Below are positions 21,395 to 29,753 of a stretch of 64,000 nucleotides of DNA, one piece after another; position 1 is the stretch's first letter; each line of letters starts with the position of its first letter. The stretch lies in contig CBDCGL010000011.1 of assembly GCA_965216755.1 (NCBI GenBank), forward strand, positions 2,016,001 to 2,080,000, written 5' to 3'. The position numbers and the translations under genes were made by a program. The notes under the pieces were generated by a model that had not been told where the DNA came from, did not search any database, and worked only from the letters and a program-made list of their open reading frames with translations. This DNA comes from Alphaproteobacteria bacterium. Lineage in GTDB: Bacteria > Pseudomonadota > Alphaproteobacteria > UBA7887.

Positions 21395-22120
21395 ATGTCG
21401 GTTTTCCTCGCACTGGACAACGTGTCCAAGAGCTACGGTTCGCTAAAAGTAACGGATGAAATGTCGTTTTCGTTGGCACAAGGCGAAGCCTTGGGTGTGA
21501 TCGGCCCCAATGGGGCTGGCAAGACGACGATGTTCAACCTCATCACCGGCGACGTCCGCCCCGACGCGGGCTCGGTAACCTTCGATGGCCAGGACATCGT
21601 TAATCTGCCACCGTCGGCCCGCTGCAAGGCTGGGATTGGCCGCTCGTACCAAATTCCTCACCCGTTCTCGGGCATGACCGTGTTTGAAAATATTCTGGTC
21701 GGCGGCACGTTCGGTGCAAAAATGTCGGAGCGGGATGCCACCAAATGGTGCATCACGGTGCTCGAACGCGCCGGCCTTTTGGCCAAGGAGAACTGGCTCG
21801 CCGGTTCGTTGACACTGCTGGATCGCAAACGGTTGGAATTAGCCCGCGCGCTGGCAACCAAACCGAAACGCCTTTTGCTCGATGAAATCGCCGGCGGTTT
21901 GACGGAGCACGAGGTCCACGACCTAATCGCCACGATCAACGAGATCCGGGCAGAAGGTGTTTCGATTGTTTGGATCGAGCACATCGTCCATGCCTTGCTT
22001 GCGGTGGGCGACCGTTTGATTGCTATTAATTTTGGGCGGATGTTAACCCAGGGTGACCCGGCAACCGTGATGGCATGCCCCGAGGTTCAGGATGTCTATA
22101 TGGGGACCATCGTCGAATGA
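21395..22120 (+). CDS. ABC transporter ATP-binding protein (LivG-like)
   Basis: GPNGAGKTT, GIGRSYQIP, LELARALA, LLLDEIAGGL, IEH. Confidence 0.88.
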   Translation: MSVFLALDNVSKSYGSLKVTDEMSFSLAQGEALGVIGPNGAGKTTMFNLITGDVRPDAGSVTFDGQDIVNLPPSARCKAGIGRSYQIPHPFSGMTVFENILVGGTFGAKMSERDATKWCITVLERAGLLAKENWLAGSLTLLDRKRLELARALATKPKRLLLDEIAGGLTEHEVHDLIATINEIRAEGVSIVWIEHIVHALLAVGDRLIAINFGRMLTQGDPATVMACPEVQDVYMGTIVE

Positions 22121-22430
22121 CCCTGTTGTCCGTCCACGATCTGTCCGCTTTTTATGGCGACTTCCAGGCTCTGTTCGGCGTCGACTTTCAGATCACGCGC
22201 GGCGAAACGAAGGGCCAATTATTGGCGCCGTCATTTATTTTGCACTGCGCGAATTACTACAAGACTTTGGATCCTGGTGTTTAATCGTTCTCGGGGCGGT
22301 CGCGGTCGTGTTGATGCTCCGCGTGCCAAAGGGCATATGGGGCTGGATTGGCGGCCGCTACGATATTCGGTTTTTGCCGGTTCAGCGGCGCCTGCGTCTG
22401 CCAGACACGGATCGAGGAGAACAATCATGA
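22117..22430 (+). pseudogene. LivF 5' fragment fused to LivM 3' fragment (deletion scar)
   Basis: MTLLSVHDLSAFYGDFQALFGVDF..GET (LivF start) switches near 22210 to EGPIIGAVIYFALRE..PKGIWG (permease C-terminus) in another frame. Confidence 0.75.
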
Positions 22431-23026
22431 GGCCGTCAATGCCCGTTCTCGCTCGCGAACATATGGCATTGCGCGGCGTGGCGCGGGTGTTAAAAATGGA
22501 TGCGTTGGTCATTGAGCGCGGCGGATCAATCGACATCGATGTGCTGCACGCGATCGTTACCTATATTCAGGCGTTTCCCGACCAAATGCATCATCCGAAA
22601 GAAGAGGATTACGTGTTTGCCGCAATGCGCAAGCGCAACCCCGAACCAATTCCCGTGCTTGATCGGCTGTTGCAGGAACACACGCGCGAGGACGAACTCA
22701 TCCGCGAATTTGCTGAACAATTGCATGCCTATGAAACGGATCCGGAAACCCAGGCGGCGGCATTCGTTCGCGTGGCGAAAAACTATGTTGCGTTTCTGGA
22801 GAACCATATGACCCTTGAAAATGCCGACGCCTTCCCGCTTGCCGAGACTCTGTTGACCGAACAGGACTGGGCCGAGATCGACGCCGCCTTCGCCAAGAAT
22901 GATGATCCGATATTTGGCCAGGAAACGGTCGCCCGATTTGAGGCTTTACGGAAACGAATCATGGACCTGGGCTTGCCGCCATTCGGCCTGGGTCAGCGCG
23001 GCGACAAGAGCCAGGGGGCTACGTAG
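22427..23026 (+). CDS. Hemerythrin-domain protein
   Basis: EH...YIQAFPDQMHHPKEE...EH...HMTLEN..FPLA; GAGGAG RBS. Confidence 0.88.
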   Translation: MRPSMPVLAREHMALRGVARVLKMDALVIERGGSIDIDVLHAIVTYIQAFPDQMHHPKEEDYVFAAMRKRNPEPIPVLDRLLQEHTREDELIREFAEQLHAYETDPETQAAAFVRVAKNYVAFLENHMTLENADAFPLAETLLTEQDWAEIDAAFAKNDDPIFGQETVARFEALRKRIMDLGLPPFGLGQRGDKSQGAT

Positions 23027-23089
23027 ACATCGATTGACTGGACGGCGGTGACACAGCCAAATCAAAGAAAGCGTCTGAGGAGATCATCC

Positions 23090-23917
23090 ATGCCACAATT
23101 CAGTGCCCAAAGCCACCTTGAGGAGGCCCTTCGGCGGATAGAGTTCATCGAAGAGCCGCGCTTGAAGGAAATCATGTCCGCGTTTACGCGCCACATGTAC
23201 GCTTTTATCAACGAAGTTCAACCATCGGAGCAAGAATGGCTCCAAGGCATCCGGTTCCTCACAGAGGTCGGACAAAAGTGCGACGACCGGCGGCAGGAAT
23301 TTATCTTGCTATCGGATGTTACCGGCGTCTCAATGCTGGTTGACTATCACACCCACAAAGATGACACAGGTGCCACTGACAGCTCGGTATTGGGTCCGTT
23401 TTATCGGGAAAATGCGCCGGAATACGAAAATGGTGAGTCAATTTCGCAAGACGGTATCGGGGAGACTGTGACGATATCGGGCCGGGTGACCGACACCGGC
23501 GGGGTGCCGATCGCGGGCGCCAAACTCGACGTCTGGCAGACCGCAGCCAACGCCTTGTACGAGGTACAAGATCCTAACCAACCAGACTACAACTTGCGGG
23601 GCGTCTTCAAGACCGACGCGGACGGCCGGTACGAGATCCGTACGGTCAAGCCCGTCAGCTATCCGGTGCCCGACGATGGGCCAGTTGGCACACTGCTTCG
23701 GGCCATTGGGCGTCATCCGTTTAGGCCAGCCCATGTTCACTTCTTGGTGTCAGCCAACGGCTATCAGCCCATCGCAACGCAACTGTTCACAGACGACGAC
23801 GCGTATTTGAACTCGGACGCGGTATTCGGCGTCAAAGACAGCCTGTTAGTGCACTATGCGTCTTGTGGTGACACCTTGTCTGTCGCCTATGACTTCAAGC
23901 TGTGTCAGGCGCCGTAA
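23090..23917 (+). CDS. Intradiol ring-cleavage dioxygenase (hydroxyquinol/catechol 1,2-dioxygenase type)
   Basis: RQEFILLSD, VLGPFY, DVWQ, YEVQ, YPVPDDGPVG, RPAHVHF, SDAVFGVK. Confidence 0.92.
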   Translation: MPQFSAQSHLEEALRRIEFIEEPRLKEIMSAFTRHMYAFINEVQPSEQEWLQGIRFLTEVGQKCDDRRQEFILLSDVTGVSMLVDYHTHKDDTGATDSSVLGPFYRENAPEYENGESISQDGIGETVTISGRVTDTGGVPIAGAKLDVWQTAANALYEVQDPNQPDYNLRGVFKTDADGRYEIRTVKPVSYPVPDDGPVGTLLRAIGRHPFRPAHVHFLVSANGYQPIATQLFTDDDAYLNSDAVFGVKDSLLVHYASCGDTLSVAYDFKLCQAP

Positions 23918-23996
23918 TGTCGCGTGCTGTGTTCTTCGTGTGCAAACTCTCTGAACTGAAGAGCGCCCCTGACTGGGCGTGCCGGGGCAACTTGAA

Positions 23997-24356
23997 ATGA
24001 GTTGGAACGACCACGCATATGCACCGCGGCAGGCAACGACGTTGTGCACTGTCGAAGATATTCCCGACGGTGGTGTCAGAGAGTTCGCATGCGGTCAAGG
24101 CCAGGGCGCTTTTCGAATGATTGTGGTCCGATCCGGAAACACAACGCGGGCATACGTCAACCGCTGGCCACATTTCGGCATTCCGATGAACACCGGTGAT
24201 GGCAGATTTCTGACGACCGGCGAGGTCTTGTGGTGTGGGCAGCATTCTGCTCAATTCCGCTTTGAAGATGGATTCTGCATAGATGGGCCATGCAAGGGCG
24301 GACAGCTCGAACCGGTCCCCTTGAGTGAAGAAAACGGCACGCTTTCCATCGGCTAA
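23997..24356 (+). CDS. Rieske 2Fe-2S ferredoxin (first Cys ligand replaced by Trp)
   Basis: AYVNRWPH...CGQHSAQF...GFCIDGPCKG; canonical form is NxCPH. Confidence 0.75.
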   Translation: MSWNDHAYAPRQATTLCTVEDIPDGGVREFACGQGQGAFRMIVVRSGNTTRAYVNRWPHFGIPMNTGDGRFLTTGEVLWCGQHSAQFRFEDGFCIDGPCKGGQLEPVPLSEENGTLSIG

Positions 24357-24492
24357 GTTGCCACTGTGCCACGTTGGATTGTTCGCGTGCCTAAGTCGGC
24401 CCAAAATCGGCTATGGCGTCGCAGCACAAAGCGGCTCTGGGCGTTGCCGGGCGCGCGATTCCAATTGTGCCCGCGACCCCTGACAGCCGGCG

Positions 24493-24882
24493 TCAATCCA
24501 CTCTGGCCGCGACTCCGCCAACTTCAACCATGAATTCGGACTTCACCAACGCCTTGACGATCATCAGAGTTGCTGCCGGACGCGCGTCGCCGAGATATTC
24601 CGCGCGAATTTTTGCATAGGTTTCAAAGTCTTTTTGATCAACCAACCAATGATTGACGTGAACCAAGTCAGCAACCGCCATGTCGGCGGCCTCGAGAATC
24701 GCGATAACATTACGCCAAGCTTGATGCACTTGATCTTCGAACTCAGTCGGAACAGTGCCGTCTGGGCGCATGCCGACTTGACCCGCAATATGGAGCGACC
24801 GGGCGCCCGCCGGCACCTCGACAGCGTGGCTATACATACCGACCGGCGCGGCGATACTGGGCGGTGTGATTGTATTGTTCAT
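24493..24882 (-). CDS. RidA/YjgF family protein
   Basis: YSHAV, IAGQVG, NVIAILEAA, RPAAT, MVEV. Confidence 0.9.
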   Translation of the reverse strand: MNNTITPPSIAAPVGMYSHAVEVPAGARSLHIAGQVGMRPDGTVPTEFEDQVHQAWRNVIAILEAADMAVADLVHVNHWLVDQKDFETYAKIRAEYLGDARPAATLMIVKALVKSEFMVEVGGVAARVD

Positions 24883-24941
24883 GGCGGCAGCTCCAAAGAT
24901 TGAGTTGAGCCTTCGCGGCTCATCGCGCTTCGAATGCAGTT

Positions 24942-25047
24942 TAGATCAATCTTCGTTCAAACGAAGTCGTTTGAACGAAGTTGAATTAACCGATATCAGC
25001 TAGACAGAGCATGTTAAGCGAACGCATGTGAGCGCGAGATGCTCTAG
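24942..25047. repeat. Miniature palindromic intergenic element (RIME/Bru-RS-like)
   Basis: TAGATC...ATGCTCTAG ends; perfect 13-bp inverted repeat CTTCGTTCAAACG-AAGT-CGTTTGAACGAAG (24951-24980); second arm GAGCAT...ATGCTC. Confidence 0.5.
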
Positions 25048-25922
25048 CTAGGATCAGCCGTACAATACCAGCCGATGGCGGTACCACCGGTCTTGCCCGC
25101 AGCCACCTTGACGTTCCGCGCGCTAACTTTAACTTCGCCTCTCCTCTGCAGTTCGAAGATAACGGTGTCGTCTACGATTAGGTCCACCCTATGTCTGCGC
25201 GATCCGTTTCCAATGGCATGTTTTATTGGCGGGCGCGGACGATAAATCAGTAACAGCGGGGGATTGCTGGGCTTTGGTGCATCCTAGTTGGAGTCCGCGG
25301 CGTTTACGCGGGACGCCTCATCAAGAATGAACACGTCCTCACAGTTCGGGGGCAATTCGGTGTAATCCTTGGGCAAATGCGGACCGGCTGCGAGTCCCGC
25401 GGCGGCCACCGCCAACATGATCGACGCCCGGAACGTGGCTTTCTCGTTATGGTTGAGTTTATGCGGAACGTAACGCTATCGCCATTTATTGGCCCTGACA
25501 AATTGGCAACGACGCGAACAAGGGCTTGTGCGTATTCAGGCATCCTGTTCGAACCTAAGTCCCGTTGTCGGTGGAGCATGCTGGTTGCCGATCTTTACAA
25601 GAGCCAATTGTCGGAACAGGGCGCAGTTTGTGGCCCACCAATCTTTCAAGTTAAGCCAATTTTTTGGCGCGATACAGTTCCTGGAACGTGCTGTTATGCT
25701 TAGGGTCAAGCATACCCCACACGCGAGAGTGGGGTCCGCGAATCGATCTCGCGGTGCGCGATCCGGTCGACGCGTTGCGGGCTCCAAACGACGACCTGTA
25801 CGAAAGGTGGCGGACAGAGCGGGTCGCAAAAACGTGGCGCTACCGTATCGAAATCCTTGCGACAAGTGGGCCTTGCGTTTCATAATTCTTGATGGGATCG
25901 GTGGGAATTCGGAGTCGGCCCA

Positions 25923-26636
25923 ATGTATCAGTTTGAAGATTATGTTGAACTGACCCAAAAAGCGGCGACAGTGTCTGAGCTTCAGCAGCTCTATTCGCAG
26001 GCGGTGTGTTCCGATGGATACGAGAATCTGATTTTCACCACGGTGCGCGGTCGCGATGTCAACAAGCTGCATTGGCTTGAGTTTCCAGAAGGTTATCCAG
26101 AATATTATTTCGAGAAACACTGGGAGCGAATCGATCCGATATTGTCGTGCGCACTGCGTGCGCGCAGGCCGTTTCTTTGGAACGATGCAATTGAAAGATC
26201 ATCTCTGTCGGGATCACAGGTCGACCTTCTTGATGAATGCAAGGACATCGGCGTTCATTCCGGGATCGCATTTCCCTTTCATGGGCCCGGGAACCAGCTC
26301 GACATTCTGAGCATTAGCCGAAGAACGAATGAACTGGCCAATCCAGAGCGCACGGCTTTCCTTCACTCGATCAGCACGCAAACATGGACGCGGTTCCTTG
26401 AACTCACGGAAGATGATCAGTTTCCGCTTCCCAAAGATATCGCGTTGACTGACCGGGAGCTCGAAGTGCTGCGCTGGTCCAAGTGTGGCAAGAGTTATTC
26501 CGACATCGCGGAAATCCTGTCGATATCGCGAAAAACCGTCGAATTCCACATTCGCAATTCGATGGACAAGTTGGGTGCGAACAACCGAATTTCAGCTGTG
26601 GTGATCGCGATCCATCGGGGGTTGTTGGAACTCTGA
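25923..26636 (+). CDS. luxR: LuxR-family quorum-sensing regulator (autoinducer-binding + HTH)
   Basis: YxxxxxxxxDP, PFLW, G..FP.HG; HTH LTDRELEVLRW..CGKS..DIA.IL.IS.KTV.FH..KLGA.NR. Confidence 0.93.
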   Translation: MYQFEDYVELTQKAATVSELQQLYSQAVCSDGYENLIFTTVRGRDVNKLHWLEFPEGYPEYYFEKHWERIDPILSCALRARRPFLWNDAIERSSLSGSQVDLLDECKDIGVHSGIAFPFHGPGNQLDILSISRRTNELANPERTAFLHSISTQTWTRFLELTEDDQFPLPKDIALTDRELEVLRWSKCGKSYSDIAEILSISRKTVEFHIRNSMDKLGANNRISAVVIAIHRGLLEL

Positions 26637-26753
26637 CGCGTTCCTGGCGCAGGCGCGCGGGATCCGCGGGATCAACGCCATACACACACGCAGGGCGCCG
26701 ATGCGCGGCGACGGCGGGTCAGCGACACGTGATGTGCGGCGCGCAGTGTGCCC

Positions 26754-28064
26754 TTATGCTGCCGTCGGCCGCCTATCCTCTCGCGCCGCTGATGTGACTG
26801 TTTGAATCGCCACTTCCAAGCGCCGCAATCCATCCTTTAGCAGTTCGGCTTGAATTGTCAGCGGAGGCATCAGTTTGATGACTTCATCGCGGGGGCCAGA
26901 CGTTTCGACCAAAACACGCTGCCGAAAGGCTTCTTGTGCAACAAGTCCGGCAACACGGGCATCAGCAAATGCAAGTCCCGACATTGGACCGACACCACGC
27001 GGCTCGGCGACACCCGGCCCAAGGATCTCAACCATACCGCCAAGCCACCGCCGAATATGGTCCGACAAGCCTCGAAGATTCTCTTGAAAGGCAGGTGCCA
27101 GCCAAACATCCAGCGCCGCCGCGGCCGCAACGAACGCCAGATTGTTTCCGCGGAAAGTGCCGTTGTGTTCGCCGGGACGCCACTGATCCAGGTCCGGTCG
27201 GATCAGCACGACGGACATGGGCAATCCGATGCCACTCACCGATTTCGCGAGGCACACGATATCAGGTCGGATGCCGGCTTGATCGAAACTGAAAAAAGTC
27301 CCGGTGCGACCACACCCGGCCTGGATATCGTCAACGATCAAAACCGCGCCCAATCTGCGTGCACATTTTGCCAAGTGGCGCAGCCACGCCTTGCTGGCGA
27401 CACGTAGTCCGCCCTCGCCCTGGACCGTCTCAACAATAAAGGCCGCGGGAGGTTCGACACCACCCGAGGGATCGTCAACCATAGCCACGAAACGATCCAA
27501 ATCGGCCGTCCCCGCGCCTTCATAACTATCGTAAGGCAAACGCACCACGTCGGTGAGCGCCACGCCCGCCGCAGCGCGACTACGCCGATTCCCAGATACC
27601 GCAAGAGAACCGAGTGTCATGCCATGGAATGCGTTGGTAAATGCAACCACGCCTTGGCGTCCGGTCACTTTGCGAGCTAACTTTATAGCCGCCTCAACGG
27701 CATTTGTGCCCGTCGGGCCTGCAAACTGCACGCGATATGACAGACCTCGCGGTTCCAAAATATTTATTCTTAGTGAACGAATAAACTGTCTCTTGGCGTC
27801 GGTATGCAGGTCCAAGGCGTTGACAATCCCGTCTTCAGATAAATATCGCAACACTTGTGCTTTAATCGCCGGATGGTTGTGGCCAAAGTTGAGCGACCCA
27901 CAACCGGCAAGAAAATCGGTGTATTCCCTCCCGCGTTCGTCCCAAACGCGCGCGTTTGCCGCTTTGACGAAAATCGACGGCATTTGCCGGCAATAATACC
28001 GAACAGCCGATTCTGTTTCTTCGAACTCCGCGTACCCACCCAAACCGTTGGGCAATCCGGACAT
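26754..28064 (-). CDS. ectB: Diaminobutyrate-2-oxoglutarate aminotransferase (class III PLP)
   Basis: ESAVRYYCR, DFLAGCGSLNFGHN, GPTGTNAVEAA, FHGMTLG, ETVQGEGG, DDIQAGCGRTG, AKS, GEHNGTFRGNN. Confidence 0.92.
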   Translation of the reverse strand: MSGLPNGLGGYAEFEETESAVRYYCRQMPSIFVKAANARVWDERGREYTDFLAGCGSLNFGHNHPAIKAQVLRYLSEDGIVNALDLHTDAKRQFIRSLRINILEPRGLSYRVQFAGPTGTNAVEAAIKLARKVTGRQGVVAFTNAFHGMTLGSLAVSGNRRSRAAAGVALTDVVRLPYDSYEGAGTADLDRFVAMVDDPSGGVEPPAAFIVETVQGEGGLRVASKAWLRHLAKCARRLGAVLIVDDIQAGCGRTGTFFSFDQAGIRPDIVCLAKSVSGIGLPMSVVLIRPDLDQWRPGEHNGTFRGNNLAFVAAAAALDVWLAPAFQENLRGLSDHIRRWLGGMVEILGPGVAEPRGVGPMSGLAFADARVAGLVAQEAFRQRVLVETSGPRDEVIKLMPPLTIQAELLKDGLRRLEVAIQTVTSAAREDRRPTAA

Positions 28065-28103
28065 GCTATCGTCCTCCCTAGACCAATCAAATGCCTCGCC
28101 TGT

Positions 28104-28343
28104 TCAGTGCGGTTCCGGCGGCGTAAGTCTTATGCCGTCATTCTCCGATTTGTCGGGTTCTTCATTGACGTGAGCCAAAAGATCAGAACGAACATAGGCA
28201 AGCTTGGTCGCAATCCTCCGCATACCGGCGTCACGCGCCACCATAATGAGGTAGGTAATGGCATCCGCCATGTTCCGGGCATCAGTTGTCAAGGAAATTA
28301 ATCCCGCTTCTCGTTGACTTGAAAGATCGCAAGCATCCATCAC
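28104..28343 (-). CDS. Small helical hypothetical protein in the luxI operon
   Basis: GTG start overlaps luxI TGA (GTGA); fills the luxI-ectB gap. Confidence 0.6.
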   Translation of the reverse strand: MMDACDLSSQREAGLISLTTDARNMADAITYLIMVARDAGMRRIATKLAYVRSDLLAHVNEEPDKSENDGIRLTPPEPH

Positions 28344-28972
28344 GCAGCGATCTTTCTTTGCTCAATCGCATTCAGGGTCAATACCGGCCCGTGAATGCCG
28401 TACTTCCTGCAATGCGCCACGGGCGTGATTTTCGGGGTTGGTACAAGTAGCGCCGCTTCCTGCTGTCCTTCAATTTCGGTCGGCTCACCGAGCCACTCGA
28501 TTCCCGAACGCAGAAAATGGCTGATGAGGTGCTTGCGAGTCACGCCGACGACCGCTTGAATATCGTTGACCTCACAGAATTCGCGCACACCGCAAAGAAG
28601 CTCCGGCATGATGCGACCACGAATTTTGGGATCGAATCGTCGATCAACGCATATCCGGCTGGCTTCCCAGATATGGTCACACACCGGCGGAGGTTGCGAT
28701 TCGCAAAGGTAAGGCCAGTATGACTTCAGCATGTAAGGCACCGATGTCGGAACCATCCGAATCAACCCACGCACGACCAAATTGGTATCGCGCCAGACTA
28801 GATATACCGCAGCCGGCGTATCGAATTCGTCATACTCCATTCCGTCATAGAAACAGTGAGGCAACGATCGATCTAGAACAAATACGCGATATCTTAGGCG
28901 CGATTGTGAGGCCAACGCGTCCCCAAATTCGTGAGCATTCCTAAACGAAAACGCTTCAATCATAATTACCAC
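28340..28972 (-). CDS. luxI: LuxI-family acyl-homoserine lactone synthase (atypical)
   Basis: RLRYRVF, EYDEFD, RMVPT..PYML, WEASR; conserved Trp position is Leu. Confidence 0.9.
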   Translation of the reverse strand: MVIMIEAFSFRNAHEFGDALASQSRLRYRVFVLDRSLPHCFYDGMEYDEFDTPAAVYLVWRDTNLVVRGLIRMVPTSVPYMLKSYWPYLCESQPPPVCDHIWEASRICVDRRFDPKIRGRIMPELLCGVREFCEVNDIQAVVGVTRKHLISHFLRSGIEWLGEPTEIEGQQEAALLVPTPKITPVAHCRKYGIHGPVLTLNAIEQRKIAA

Positions 28973-29039
28973 CCGCTTTCCGAGACTGGTCTTCCGAAAC
29001 CGCGCAAACCAGAATCAAACACATTCAAATACGGGTTGG

Positions 29040-29060
29040 TACTAGGCGAGTTCCTAGGTA
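29040..29060 (-). promoter_or_regulatory. lux-box-like site upstream of luxI
   Basis: Minus strand ACCTAGGAACTCGCCTAGTA; CT-N12-AG with CTAGG-N6-CCTAG dyad; about 70 bp upstream of luxI. Confidence 0.7.
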
Positions 29061-29219
29061 TCGATGGCTAGGCAACGGATTATGGATTTCGCTACGCGCA
29101 GCGCTATACGGAAGCGCGGGCGGACGCCTGGGCCACGGTATCGGCGCAACTGCGACAGCGGCACTTCGCCAGGGTCGATCGAAACACCACCATGTCCATT
29201 GTCGTTTGACGAAACACCG

Positions 29220-29240
29220 TACCTAGGTGTTCGCCTAGTT
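29220..29240 (+). promoter_or_regulatory. lux-box-like site upstream of the hypothetical-lactonase operon
   Basis: ACCTAGGTGTTCGCCTAGTT; 17/20 identical to the inverted luxI site; about 65 bp upstream of ORF 29304. Confidence 0.7.
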
Positions 29241-29303
29241 GCGAAAAAGTGACGCAATAGGGACCGTACTTCGTTCAGGTGGCTTGCGAGGTGGGGTTTA
29301 GCG

Positions 29304-29723
29304 ATGAGCGTTGAGCAAAGCCCGAGACGCAACGAGAAAAGCTTAAAACCGAATTTGGTCGTCCGCGGTGAACCGGACGGCGGTCGCGCATCGGCAATCG
29401 CGATTGTCGGTTTGTTGTGCGCCGCGAAGAACGCGGCCAAGGTCAGCTTCTCCAACGACTATTGCGTAACTCACATTCAGAAGTGCGAAGAACTGCTAAG
29501 AGTGAAATACAATATAGGTTCTGGTCTTGTGCCCAAAGAGACCTATGATGAAACTTACTGTGCCTTCATTGTTCTCATAAGAATGCTCTCATATATTCAT
29601 ATGGAACTCTCGGAGAACTTCAATGATGCGTCCAATTCCGACATTATAGGCCAGTGTATTCGGCACCTTGTGTCGTCGCAGAACATTTCACCGAACGACC
29701 TCTATCCATCCAAGGTGACCTAA
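29304..29723 (+). CDS. Hypothetical protein
   Basis: Open frame between the lux-box-like site and the hydrolase; helical C-terminal half; start uncertain. Confidence 0.5.
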   Translation: MSVEQSPRRNEKSLKPNLVVRGEPDGGRASAIAIVGLLCAAKNAAKVSFSNDYCVTHIQKCEELLRVKYNIGSGLVPKETYDETYCAFIVLIRMLSYIHMELSENFNDASNSDIIGQCIRHLVSSQNISPNDLYPSKVT

Positions 29724-29753
29724 CGACCTGATAGCATTGGGCACGGAAGCGAC

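Noticed and set aside
25270-25289. Third lux-box-like site GGCTTTGGTGCATCCTAGTT
   Set aside because: Fits CT-N12-AG and the right half-site but matches only 10/20 and lies over 600 bp from luxR.
26754-28064. Ectoine biosynthesis operon
   Set aside because: No ectA, ectC, ectD or ask in the window.
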